This document shows, piece by piece, positions 12,901 through 24,840 of a stretch of 64,000 bases of DNA. The first letter of the stretch is position 1, and each line of letters opens with the position of its first letter. The translations under genes and the position numbers were made by a program. Origin of the DNA: Tubiluchus corallicola. Taxonomy: Eukaryota > Animalia > Priapulida. The notes beneath the pieces are model-generated. The model was given only the letters and a program-made list of their open reading frames with translations, did not search any database and was not told the origin of the DNA. The stretch spans positions 7,541 to 71,540 of the forward strand of contig JAQGDQ010000997.1 of assembly GCA_030141605.1 (NCBI GenBank), given 5' to 3'.

Positions 12901-15266
12901 ACAAAATTATGATACAATTCACGAATTCTGCGCAAGAGATCTAAGAAGCTAGCTTATGCTAGGCCACTAGAATTAGTTACGAAAAAATTACAATATATAC
13001 AGATACAATATTACAATATTATAATATTTACAAATATAAATACGGGTGGGAAGTAATAAAAATATTATTATACTAGAGGGGAAGTTTTTGAAAATGAAAA
13101 ACAACAAATCATAATTGAGTGATCAGTTATATGTTTCAAGTAAGTTTAATTTACATATTTTTTTAAATATGGACAGCGAGTTGGCATTTTTAACAGCTGG
13201 AGCAATTGAATTCCATATGTAAGGGCCATTGTATTTAATAGAAAATTTTCTAACATTTGTGTTGAAAATCGCAACATGCAAACGTTTCAGGATAGAGAAA
13301 GTCCTAGAAGACCTGGAAGAAATCAAGGAGCAGACGTTGCTGTTACAATCTGTCTATAGTGACGTCGACAACGAGCAGAAAGGCGTTACAGAATACCCTG
13401 ATGAGGAAACCAGGTGAATATTTAATTAGTAATCTATTGTTATTGACAAGTATGAGCTTAATGATAAGTTGGTAACGTAGTATGGTCAGGATGCAGTGAA
13501 AACAGTATACGTTTATTAGAAAATATTCAGCTAACTGCTGCTAGAATCTGTTCTGGCGCTATGTTTCGATCTTCCCCTGCAAGTATCTTGTCTGACAGCG
13601 GCTTCACTAAATTAGTGACACGCTTCCATTATCATCGCCTATGTCTTTTTTTCAAAATAATCAATGACTTAGCGCCCCACTATTTAAGTGCAATTCTGCC
13701 GCCAAAGGTAAACGAAGTTTCCCCCTATTATATACGCAGTGGTACTAAATACAGAAATTTTAATTGCCGTTCTGTTAGCTGTGAAAAATCGTTTTTCATA
13801 TCGACCATTAACATGTGGAACAACTTACCACAGAACATTCGTGAAATTACATCCATTTCACAATTCAAACAAGAGCTCAAATCTCATTTAAGTTTTTCGT
13901 TGCGTAAGAAACATTTTTCATTTGGTAAACCTCCAATATCAGTGCATCATACGCGCATGAGAATCGGATTTGCGCAGCTAAACTATGATATTTTCTCTAA
14001 AGGCTGTAAAGATAATAACGGTCATCCAGTATTGCCGAATTGTAACTGTGCATTTCGATTTGAGTCTGTTGAACACTTTTTGTTGCACTGCCCATTGTAT
14101 CAACAAATTAGGGTTGTTATGTTTGATAAATTAAATGAAATGCTTCTGCCCGAAAACCTTAATATAGCTGCCTTAGGAAATAATGATCTGTTGAAGTTGT
14201 TATTACCACTTAAACTAAATACTCCAGAAGCAGAATTGTCTTCTCACTAGAGCAGAGCTGTTAAAGGGCAAGAAAAGGGGTACCTGAAGTAGATTGCAGC
14301 ATCGCCCAAAAATGATATTACTTTACAGCAATTTTTTGCATATATCGTACTCGCGTTGAAAGAATTTTTTGCTTTTTTCATTTTAAATCTCCCGCAATGC
14401 TGTTCTAACCGCGCCATTACATGACGTCATATCATCACTACGTAAATCAGGGGAAGAAGAGGAAATGTCAAACTATGTCCCAAAAAACTTTCCAGTAAAA
14501 AGTTATATTACTTAGCATTTCGGTTTCCTGCTTCAAAAACTTATGTAACTAGAAAAGAAAATTATTAATTAGTCATGTAAAATGTTTCACCAGTTGGTAA
14601 AATGTCACTGACTCACCCTCCAGGGTGCACCACTCATTAACCAAAAACGTATTTTTAATCTTATTGACAAGATACAGTAATTTCAAATTTTACTTAGTTA
14701 GCAACATGTATGCTACGAATGCTATGATTATTTTTTCAAACTTTACTCAACGTTATCAAAACTTGTTTCAAACGACTTGTCGTTAAAATGGCTGTGTCTA
14801 ACGGTCATCGCGGGAGTTTAAATTTACACGTTTTATACAGCGTTACGACGGATGCAAGCCATGCATACGAAAAGGTTGTATGTAAGTGGTCTAAAATTTC
14901 GAGATGAATTTTTTAAACTTTAAGTAAGTGGAGGGTTTTCTTGTGCTTTAATTAAGCCACGCAATTTCCTGAACTTATGATATTGAACATTAAATCATAA
15001 CAGCGATCAATTATTGTCGTAGAAATGACATCCGTTTGATCCATACACGTTATACACGTTGCACATGCGAATGATTTGTACACAAAGGTTTTGGTTTTTC
15101 CTCTAGTAATGACTTAAGAAGAGCTGTGACTTCCTTGGAGAGAAAAATGTCTTCTCAGAGCAGCCAACTAGAACACGTTCTGGAACTTCTGAATAACGTC
15201 GTCGAGAACCAGCAAATGAACGAACCAAAAAACTACGAGATGCGAATTCATGAACTGGAGAGTTGA
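1221..15266 (+). CDS. TRPM: TRPM-family cation channel, copy A; last 8 exons (S3 to C-terminus), 5' part outside the window
   Basis: Exons 1221-1351, 2961-3084, 5918-6089, 7540-7708, 8605-8798, 10144-10276, 13291-13413, 15107-15266. All GT-AG with matching phases (1206 nt). Motifs: WNRFD, LGPKIIMIRRM, PYFHIYGELF, NVLLLNLLIAMFSYTF, TRP box WRFHRY, PVLAPPF. Confidence 0.93.
1370..1709 (+). mobile_element. LTR-like element with internal inverted repeats; mirror ~54762..55101
   Basis: TGTTA...TAACA termini, TATAAAA at ~1519, GC-richer than its flanks; no clean TSD. Confidence 0.5.
2440..2935 (+). mobile_element. CR1/L2-type LINE 3' end (family B); mirror ~53512..54007
   Basis: RTNNKYG...GVQLWNTLPSNLKQIKSFDEFKSKLK...FIYPRPF, then aataaa + (AT)n; related to 4830..5282. 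Confidence 0.75.
2961..3084 (+). CDS. TRPM: TRPM copy A exon (S4, S4-S5 linker)
   Basis: tttcag|RSFRWARVSYSITLLLFYLRSVQMFYAHKDLGPKIIMIRRM|gtaagt. Confidence 0.92.
3465..3930. repeat. (CTGAG)n pentanucleotide compound repeat; mirror 52517..52982
   Basis: Direct reading. Confidence 0.95.
4281..4610 (-). mobile_element. 5S rRNA-derived SINE (SINE3-type) with RTE-like body and tail; mirror 51837..52166 (+)
   Basis: Degenerate 5S (atcacgttgaaaacaccggttctcg...ttggatgggtaacc) with no oligo-T terminator, then a body shared with the 24604 copy, ending ccattgtcttccgagacagaaggatgccaacaac. Confidence 0.8.
4830..5282 (+). mobile_element. CR1/L2-type LINE 3' end (family B) with (AT)n tail; mirror ~51170..51617
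   Basis: WNSLSLHVKQIKSLSAFKTKLK...FIYPRPY; ggcaaataaag followed by (AT)n. Confidence 0.72.
5918..6089 (+). CDS. TRPM: TRPM copy A exon (S5, pore helix, filter)
   Basis: ttgcag|LNDLVFFLFILVVFILSFG...KPYFHIYGELFMEEP|gtacgt. Confidence 0.93.
6110..7470. repeat. 72-bp minisatellite, ~19 copies; mirror 48982..50343
   Basis: Unit aagtcactcagtatgttgggtttattttactgttatcacttaaactgtttgtggtgtgctaaaggaaagaac. Confidence 0.95.
7540..7708 (+). CDS. TRPM: TRPM copy A exon (outer pore loop, S6)
   Basis: ttttag|PEVVNYC...HCVSENVFLVPLLTALYMMLTNVLLLNLLIAMF|gtaggt. Confidence 0.93.
7850..8440 (+). mobile_element. LINE family A 3' fragment (1 x 74-bp unit); mirror 48012..48602 (-)
   Basis: ORF2 C-terminal CCHC-type motif CNCGFRFESVEYFLLHCPLY; tail ...aataaattatgtttaaactaa. 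Confidence 0.88.
8605..8798 (+). CDS. TRPM: TRPM copy A exon (TRP helix)
   Basis: tttcag|[40 protein letters not shown]...STSF|gtaaag. Confidence 0.92.
9082..9358. repeat. (CCATA)n microsatellite; mirror ~47094..47370
   Basis: Direct reading. Confidence 0.95.
9560..9804. mobile_element. Dispersed repeat, probable DNA-transposon end (cactctg|ta); second copy ~57597..57835; mirror ~46648..46892
   Basis: About 240 bp of high similarity between 9560 and 57597. Confidence 0.6.
10144..10276 (+). CDS. TRPM: TRPM copy A exon (rib/connecting helix)
   Basis: ttccag|KKLSREENSRLSAFEKSGMENYL...VTSTSER|gtaaga. Confidence 0.88.
10313..10668 (+). mobile_element. Solo LTR with 5-bp TSD TTCTC; mirror 45784..46139
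   Basis: TGTTGTG...CACAA(T)A termini, internal TATATAA, TSD ttctc at 10308 and 10669; second copy at 62346. Confidence 0.85.
10893..11306. repeat. 30-bp minisatellite, ~13-14 copies; mirror 45146..45559
   Basis: Unit gaatgtgccaaaacctgccacctagcgatg. Confidence 0.95.
11543..11860. repeat. (CTATG)/(CTATC)/(CCATA) compound microsatellite; mirror ~44602..44910
   Basis: Direct reading. Confidence 0.95.
12305..12689. mobile_element. MITE, same family as 61665..62043; mirror ~43773..44157
   Basis: Inverted homolog of the 61665 element; TIR gaaactgtgaaaaggctt. Confidence 0.75.
12815..13283 (-). mobile_element. CR1/L2-type LINE 3' end abutting a TRPM acceptor; mirror ~43179..43647
   Basis: TNVRKFSIKYNGPYIWNSI...SLSIFKKICK; aataaa + (aatct)n tail. 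Confidence 0.75.
13291..13413 (+). CDS. TRPM: TRPM copy A exon (coiled coil)
   Basis: tttcag|IEKVLEDLEEIKEQ...PDEET|gtgaat; phase 2-2 fits both neighbours. Confidence 0.85.
13478..14205 (+). mobile_element. LINE family A internal ORF2 fragment (post-RT region); mirror 42257..42984 (-)
   Basis: VVWSGCS...LLENIQLTAARICSGA...WNNLP...HFLLHCPLY; truncated at both ends. Confidence 0.88.
14265..14947. mobile_element. TTAA-flanked non-autonomous DNA transposon (Kolobok-like); mirror ~41515..42197
   Basis: ttaa|agggcaagaaaa ... ttttcttgtgct|ttaa. Confidence 0.6.
15107..15266 (+). CDS. TRPM: TRPM copy A terminal coding exon (second coiled-coil segment, stop)
   Basis: ctctag|NDLRRAVTSLERKMSSQSSQLEHVLELLNNVVENQQMNEPKNYEMRIHELES*; phase fits. 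Confidence 0.75.
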
Positions 15267-15295
15267 AAGAAGAACACTTCTAACTAACTTACTTC

Positions 15296-15900
15296 TTAAA
15301 GGAAGACAGGATGATTTTTTTATATCCTAGCACATTTTCAAGTACGGTAAAAGTATACGTTTTAACACAGCTAATACTGCAAAAGCGTTTCTGATAATTA
15401 AATAGTAGATTAAAAATTTAGTTAACGGCTGGCGAGCCCAACTATTGATGACATCACAAACTAACACAATTTTCAATAGCAAGAATATTCCACGAGCGTG
15501 GTGCACGTGTTTGCAAAAGAGAAAATTGAAGTACAGTGCTACTGTAAGCTATTCAGTGTGTTGTACTAAAACTAGGCAAGTTTTAAGATAAAAATTCAAA
15601 TTCTAAATTTACGCCTGTGCTCACGCATGAGCTGTCGAACGTGTGCAGTTCGTGAGAAACTAACACATCTGAACTGAGAGGTACAGCACCTGTTTTTGTG
15701 CTATACGCTTCCGAAATCCAGGCGCTGGTGTCCGTCTAACTAGCGAATGGCGAAATGCATGTAACAGCGAAGAACTAGTGGCGCGAACGTGAAATTGCGT
15801 TTGTGTGGTAATAATTCTTGCACGTAAGTCAGTTTCGAAAAAAGATTGTTTCCTTTCAATATTTTAAAGAGTAGATTATTTTGACCTACAGTTTAAGATT
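15296..15900. mobile_element. TTAA-type non-autonomous DNA element just after the TRPM stop; other fragments at ~2035..2310, ~7733..7835 (inverted), ~24146..24600, plus mirrors
   Basis: Dispersed copies share aatactgcaaaagcgtttctgataatt and gagcccaactattgatgacatcac; ends ttaaagNaagacNgg / ccggttttgctttaa. Confidence 0.7.
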
Positions 15901-16127
15901 GTAAAGCTAATGTAGTGTTCTTAGAAGACATTACTAAAGTTGAAAAGTCAGAAATGTCTTTAGTAACTGTGGTATAAACTTGTGATATTCTGTTTGTAAA
16001 ATGTAAAGATTGTCAAGTTATCTAGTTCTTATCGTAAGCTTTGCGTATGAGTTGTACGTATTATTTTGTCTAAGTGTAAAATTTATAAAAACGTGTGTGG
16101 AAAGATAGATTATCTGATGTGTTATTA

Positions 16128-17270
16128 GTTTAAACATAATTTATGATAGGATTGGATCTGACAGTTTAAACAACATGATTTAGGATCCTCACCACAACAG
16201 ACTTTATACACTATTTACAAAACATTTACGGTAAGACTAGACTATAACTACACAAGCTGACAAGTTTTACTACAAGAATACATTAGACATTAATAACATT
16301 TACAGTAAGAATTGACTATAACTACACAAGCTGACAAGTTTTACTACAAGAATACATTAGACATTAATAACATTTACAGTAAGAATAGACTATAACTGCA
16401 CAAGCTGATAAGTTTTACTACAAGATTACATTAGACATTAGTAACATTTACAGTAAGAATAGACTATAACTACACAAGCTGACAAGTTTTACTACAAGAA
16501 TACATTAGACATTAATAACATTTACAGTAAGAATTGACTATACCCACACAAGCTGACAAGTTAAACTACAAGATTACATTAGATATTAGTAACATTTACA
16601 GTAAGAATTGACTATAACTACACAAGCTGACGAGTTTTACTACAAGATTACATTAGTCATTAGTAGAAAATGACGGTTAGAAAATATTAATGTACGATTA
16701 TTTAAGACTGATGCATTAGAGACTATGCATTTAAGACTGATGCATTTCATATCAGATAGAAACTACTGGAAGCATTTAGTACGTAATATACAGTCATGTA
16801 TACATTGGAATATTTTACAGTTAGCAACATAGTTAAATTCATCTTTTCCGAATAATAACAACTTCAACAGATCATTATTTCCTAAGGCAGCTATATTAAG
16901 GTTTTCAGGCAGAAGCATTTCATTTAGTTTATCAAACATAACAACCCTAGTTTGTTGATACAATGGGCAGTGCAACAAAAAGTGTTCAACAGACTCGAAT
17001 CGAAATCCACAGTTACAATTCGGCAATATTGGATGACCGTTATTATCTTTACAGCCTTTAGAGAAAAGGTCATAGTTTAGCTGAGAAAATCCGATTCTCA
17101 TGCGCGTATGATGCACTGATATTGGAGGTTTACCAAATGAAAAATGTTTCTTACGCAACGAAAAACTTAAATGAGATTTGAGCTCTTGTTTGAATTGTGA
17201 AATGGATGTAATTTCACGAATGTTCTGTGGTAAGTTGTTCCACATGTTAATGGTCGATATGAAAAACGAT
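16128..17270 (-). mobile_element. LINE family A 3' fragment with 6 x 74-bp repeat; mirror 39191..40333 (+)
   Basis: ORF 16763..17245; probable TSD gtgttatta at 16119 and 17276. Confidence 0.9.
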
Positions 17271-17419
17271 ATGAAGTGTTATTACGACATCATATTTGCA
17301 GTGCATCTGTCACATGAACATTCATTGACGCCTAACCTGAATGTGTCTTTCGTGCAGATTTGTGGTATGTTTCAATGCGTTTGGATGGAAACAGCATAAT
17401 TATCGCTAATTTCACACTA

Positions 17420-17793
<374 letters not shown>

Positions 17794-18312
17794 GTCATTA
17801 CTCCACTCAAGATCCACTTTAATCTTGATCTGCTACACTCTTATTTACTTCTTATGGAAGTTATATGCGAATCGATATGATACAGGTGTCAGTTTATATC
17901 AAACCAAGCTTTCAAGCGGTAAGATAACGCATCCGCTCTTTGCTGTCCAGTCTTACACAGAAGTGGTTTTTTTTTAGAAAATGCGCGGGCTCTCGCGGGA
18001 TCAACTTTGTCCAGCGGAGCGCACCGCGAAAAGTAGACGAATTTGACATTCTCAAAGAGCATACACGTGGCGAGAGATCCCAGTCATACATCCCATACAT
18101 AAGGAAAGGGCCAAAGTAATTGCATTTACACTAACGGTCTTGGTCACAGTTACACAGAAAGGGGGCCAAAATTACTCACACCAAATGCAAGTCTTAGTAC
18201 CTCTGTCGGGTTTTTATAGTGGAATAAACATGTAAACGCGTTTTAGTTTTTTCTGTTTTCTTCTAGAGGTTTGATAAAAAAAATCTCTCGGAAAAAATGG
18301 AAAGACACAGCA

Positions 18313-18939
18313 TTAGTTTAAACATAATTTATTTAGGATTGGATCAGACAGTTTGAACAACATGATTTAGGATCCTCACCACAACAGACTTTATACACTA
18401 TTTACAAGAACATTTACAGTAAGAATATACTATAACTACACAAGCTGACAAGTTTTACTACAAGATTACATTAGACATTAGTAACATTTCCAGTAAGAAT
18501 AGACTATGACTACACAAGCTGACAAGTTTTACTACAAGAATACATTAGACATTAGTAACATTTACAGTAAGAATAGACTATAACTACACAAGCTGACAAG
18601 TTTTACTACAAGATTACATTAGACATTAGTAACATTTACAGTAAGAATAGACTATACCTGCACAAGCTGACAAGTTTTACTACAAGATTACATTAAACAT
18701 TAGTAGAAAATGACGGTTAGGAAATATTAATGTACGAATATTTAAGATGATGCATTTCATATCAGATAGAAACTACTGGAAGCGTTTAGTACGTAATATA
18801 AAGTCATGTATCCATTGGAATATTTTACAGTTAGCAACATAGTTAAATTCATCTTTTCCGAATAATAACAACTTCAACAGATCATTAGTTCCTAAGGCAG
18901 CTATCTGAAGGTTTTCGGGAAGAAGTATTTCATTTAATT
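18313..18939 (-). mobile_element. LINE family A 3' fragment with 4 x 74-bp repeat; mirror 37531..38157 (+)
   Basis: Same C-terminus and UTR; flanked by gacacagcatt / gacacagcgtt. Confidence 0.88.
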
Positions 18940-19469
18940 CCGGGACACAGCGTTCCAGGACGCAACCTTCAGGCGGAAGGACCGAGGTTCGAAACACGAT
19001 TATACATTTGTTATTTCTTGTTATTAAAAACTTGAGACTAGCTAATTTCCTGTTCACTGACGCCATTTCCTGTTCCCTCCGCATTAGACTCGGAGCAAAT
19101 ACAATATATTGGAAATAGCCTGTAGTGGATTATCCACTTTTCAATCCATAACACTATTGACACAGCGAATCAGTGTGCATGATGGACGCCAGGGTTTGCT
19201 TAATCTGGGCCAAATGCGCAGGATATTTACCAAGTTTGGCGGTAAATATTGGCATTATTCCGTCTAAGCCTAAACTGCATTAAATGTGAAGCCATATAAT
19301 ATATCTTTGATAGATCACCATGGCAGTGAGAAAAATTGCCCTCATTTCCTCAAGTTACTGCAGATTGTAACAGACTTAAGCGAGTAGAATGATGATAGAC
19401 CCGCTGGGTACATGTTACTTGGTACAAATCATCTAGCTATCTGCTGCACGTGATTTTAAATTCTCTTCC

Positions 19470-20131
<662 letters not shown>

Positions 20132-20449
20132 CTGGTTTCATCTCTTCTCGGCTTGTTCGCTGATTTTACAGTCGTTTTCTTGTTTACCTTCCTTCTCAAT
20201 TTCCTGGCTGTTATATCCCCAACTCCCGTCTCAATCAGTTTTATTGCCAGGAATTATTATATTGCGCCTCCATTATGCGCTAGAGAAGAAACACATCCTA
20301 AATCACAGCCTTAAGAAATCCAGACCATTAATTTGTCAAGAAATGATCAGTAAACTAAAATTTATGAAGATGAACAGCTTCTTGACATATCAAGTACAGC
20401 TCATCAGTGATGACGACTTGCCCTCATTTTCCTCAAAATTTTCCTCATT

Positions 20450-20647
20450 GTCATCATCGTCATCGTCATTATCATCATCATTATCATCATTATTATCATA
20501 TCATCATATTATCATCATTATCATCATCATCATCATCATCATCATCATCGTCGTGGTCGTTGTCGTCGTCTCGTCGTCGCCATCATCATTATTGTCATCG
20601 CCATCATCATCATCGCCATCATCATCATTATCATCATCATCACCACC

Positions 20648-20681
<34 letters not shown>

Positions 20682-20730
20682 CCACCACCACCATCGTCAT
20701 CATCAACATTATCATCATCATCATCATTTA

Positions 20731-20791
<61 letters not shown>

Positions 20792-20875
20792 GTCATCATG
20801 TCATCATGCCATCATCGTCGTTATCATCATCATCATCATCATTATCACCATCATCACCATCATCATTATCACCAT
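20450..20875. repeat. (CAT)n-type microsatellite; similar tracts at 9872..9990 and 23694..24125, plus mirrors
   Basis: Direct reading. Confidence 0.95.
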
Positions 20876-21389
20876 TGATGAATTCAAACGTATTTTTGTT
20901 AAAGACAAAAACAAGGTAATTTGTGAAGCAAAATCAGACGTTACTAATAGTATTACTAATTAGGCGTAATAACGTACTACGTACAATACTTTATATAGTG
21001 AAAATGGACTTCTGGCTTATTGAGATTTCACAAGAAATTGTTGGTGGTCATTGGAATTGGCAGTGAGACACTTAGGCAGCCCTGAAAATACGGACACGAA
21101 AACGCTATCAGAATTCATTTTAGCACATGCGACCGTGTCAAATCATCAATCGACCATCATTTTGTCCCCTCTGAACAAACAACGCAGACTGCCGCTCATG
21201 AAATTTTTATCCTGCGTGCCAGTTTTTCTTGCCTGAAGAAGCGAATCCACTGCTCGTCACCATTAGCGGTTTGCTCTGGAATGAATAATTTGTGTAAAAG
21301 AAACAAGAGACTTCCGTGTTCAACAGGATGCACGTCGGATAACCGATAGTCAGAAACAAGATTTTGCACTTTTGTTTGGCATGAATATT

Positions 21390-22872
21390 GTGTACCGTCT
21401 GCTAGTGTTCACCACCAAGAGCACAGGACCAGGAGTGTACAGTCTGCGAGTGTTCACCACCAAGAGCACAGGACCAGGAGTGTACCGTCTGCGAGTGTTC
21501 ACCGCCAAGAGCACAGGACCAGGAGTGTACCGTCTGCGAGTGTTCACCACCAAGAGCACGGGACCAGGAGTGTACCGTCTGCGAGTGTTCACCGCCAAGA
21601 GCACGGGACCAGGAGTGTACCGTCTGCGAGTGTTCACCGCCAAGAGCACGGGACCAGGAGTGTACCGTCTGCAAGTGTTCACCGCCAAGAGCACAGGACC
21701 AGGAGTGTACCGTCTGCGAGTGTTCACCACCAAGAGCACAGGACCAGGAGTGTACCGTCTGCGAGTGTTCACCGCCAAGAGCACGGGACCAGGAGTGTAC
21801 CGTCTGCGAGTGTTCACCACCAAGAGCACAGGACCAGGAGTGTACCGTCTGCAAGTGTTCACCGCCAAGAGCACGGGACCAGGAGTGTACCGTCTGCGAG
21901 TGTTCACCGCCAAGAGCACAGGACCAGGAGTGTACCGTCTGCAAGTGTTCACCGCCAAGAGCACAGGACCAGGAGTGTACCGTCTGCGAGTGTTCACCAC
22001 CAAGAGCACAGGACCAGGAGTGTACCGTCTGCGAGTGTTCACCGCCAAGAGCACAGGACCAGGAGTGTACCGTCTGCGAGTGTTCACCGCCAAGAGCACG
22101 GGACCAGGAGTGTACCGTCTGCGAGTGTTCACCACCAAGAGCACAGGACCAGGAGCATACCGTCTGCAAGTGTTCACCCGCCAAGAGCACGGGACCAGGA
22201 GTGTACCGTCTGCGAGTGTTCACCACCAAGAGCACAGGACCAGGAGTGTACCGTCTGCGAGTGTTCACCGCCAAGAGCACAGGACCAGGAGTGTACCGTC
22301 TGCGAGTGTTCACCGCCAAGAGCACGGGACCAGGAGTGTACCGTCTGCGAGTGTTCACCGCCAAGAGCACAGGACCAGGAGCATACCGTCTGCAAGTGTT
22401 CACCGCCAAGAGCACGGGACCAGGAGTGTACCGTCTGCGAGTGTTCACCGCCAAGAGCACAGGACCAGGAGTGTACCGTCTGCGAGTGTTCACCGCCAAG
22501 AGCACAGGACCAGGAGTGTACCGTCTGCGAGTGTTCACCGCCAAGAGCACGGGACCAGGAGTGTACCGTCTGCGAGTGTTCACCGCCAAGAGCACAGGAC
22601 CAGGAGCATACCGTCTGCAAGTGTTCACCGCCAAGAGCACGGGACCAGGAGTGTACCGTCTGCGAGTGTTCACCACCAAGAGCACAGGACCAGGAGTGTA
22701 CCGTCTGCGAGTGTTCACCGCCAAGAGCACAGGACCAGGAGTGTACCGTCTGCGAGTGTTCACCGCCAAGAGCACGGGACCAGGAGTGTACCGTCTGCGA
22801 GTGTTCACCGCCAAGAGCACAGGACCAGGAGTGTACCGTCTGCGAGTGTTCACCGCCAAGAGCACGGGACCA
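21390..22872. repeat. 45-bp GC-rich minisatellite, ~33 copies; mirror 33581..35063
   Basis: Unit gtgtaccgtctgcgagtgttcaccgccaagagcacaggaccagga. Confidence 0.96.
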
Positions 22873-23691
22873 CGAGGACCCAGCAGCCCAACTGTCGCAG
22901 ATGTGAGCATTTAATTTACAGTTTATTATTAATTTTTATTTGTAGTTTTAAACTTTAGTTTTTCATTACCACTAAGTCAGTGCTGACATCTGTTTGTACA
23001 CTTGGAAGTTTTCAATATATGTATGTACTTGCTACTGTTATATGCTTGTATGGAACTGGGTCACTTGGCTTCTCTGGGAATGTATCAGTTTTTCACACTT
23101 GGTAGCAAGATTAGAGGACAAGCAATAGGCTTAAATGGCGGTTTGGTTATAATAACGTTTTGACTCAGGTGCCATGATATATTGGCTGTTGGATTTACTT
23201 TAACATTTGTTTACTACTGTTGATTATGTTTACCATTTACGTGTATATGTGGATTGACAATGAGACTATGATTTTGAGTAAAATACAGATCGCAAAGTTA
23301 AACCAATGTGGATTGACAATGACACTATGATTTTGAGTAAAATACAGATCGCAAAGTTAAACCATGTTTTCAACCAGTGATTTCATCTGTTTAACACGAA
23401 CATTGCAACTACAAAAACAGTCTGATAAACCTGCCAATGTCGGTTGTTGGCTCTCCCCAAAACACCCCAGCGACAACTTTAGCGTCACGACACCAACCAC
23501 CCCGAGAGATTCAGACGCAAATAAAAACTGAGTGACTGCAATTGCAATAATATCGTTTTTATTAGCTGTCTAAGTAAGAGTAAAGATAAAAGAGTCCAAT
23601 CAAGTAGACTCTGTGTAACACTGTGCAAAGAAAACATAGTAAAGACTCTAAGTGATAATCAGGCAATGCAAACAAAAGAACGAAAGAAATG

Positions 23692-23782
<91 letters not shown>

Positions 23783-23967
23783 TCATCATCATCAGCAGCA
23801 GCAGCAGCATCATCAGCATCATCATCGTCGTCGTCGTGGTTATCATCATCGTCATCGTCATCGCCATCGCCATCATGTCATCATCCTCATCAAGTCATCA
23901 TCGTCATCATCATCATCGTCATCATCATCATCATCATTATCACCATCATTGTCACCATCATTATCAC

Positions 23968-24039
<72 letters not shown>

Positions 24040-24603
24040 CATCATCATCGTCACCATCATTATCACCATCATCATCATCAGCACCATCATCATCATCATC
24101 ATTATCACCATCATCATCATCATAACCATGATCATATACTAAAACTTAAAGTAAGACGGGATGATTTTTCATATACTGCCCCATTTTCATTTCCTATAAA
24201 ATTATACATTTTGACACAATTAATACTGCAAAAACGTTTCTGACAATTAAATAATAGATTAAAATCTTAGTTAAGGGCGGGCAAGCCCAACTAGTGATGA
24301 CATCACAAACTAACATAATTTCATAAGATGTTCAATGTGTTGTACTAAAACTAGGCACGTTTTAAGATAAAAACTGAAATTTCATATTTACGGCTGTGCT
24401 CACGCATGAGCTGTCGAACGTGTGCAGTTCGTCACAAACTAACACAATTGAAGTGAAAGGTACAACACCTGTTTTTTGTACAATGCGTTTCCGAAATCCA
24501 GGCGCTAGCGCCCGTCTAACTAGAGAACGGCGAAATACATGTAACAGCGAAGAACTAGTGGCGCGAACATGAAACTATGTTTGTGTTGTAGTAATTGTTT
24601 CAC

Positions 24604-24840
24604 ATCTACGGCCATATCACGTTTAAAACACCGGTTCTCGTCTGATCATCGAAGTTAAGCAACGTAGAGCCTGGTTAGTACTTGGATTGGTGACCGCCTA
24701 GCAATACCAGGTGCTGTAGGCTTGCGGGATGCCCACACTGTATCTCGGCACTAGGCGGAGGAGCTGCACAGCCAGCGGCAACAGGACGGAGGTCAAGAGG
24801 CTCCATGCGTAGAGGAGTAAACCTCTATAAATCAAACGAA
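24604..24840 (+). mobile_element. 5S rRNA-derived SINE with a full-length 120-nt 5S head (24604..24723); mirror 31607..31843 (-)
   Basis: atctacggccatatcacg...agttaagcaacg...ttggattggtgaccgcc...gctgtaggctt continues directly into the shared body gcgggatgcccacactgtatctcgg. Confidence 0.82.

Noticed and set aside
13561-14250. 229-aa ORF and related ORFs as host zinc-finger genes
   Set aside because: Truncated LINE ORF2 C-termini present in many dispersed copies, several with TSDs.
21350-22958. 500+ aa ORFs (STGPGVYRLRVFTAK, EHSQTVHSWSCALGG) as repeat proteins
   Set aside because: Translations of a 45-bp minisatellite, open on both strands, with a frameshift in the middle and no unique domain.
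24604-24723. Functional 5S rRNA gene
   Set aside because: Several substitutions, no oligo-T terminator, and it is fused to a body shared with a dispersed copy; a SINE head fits better.
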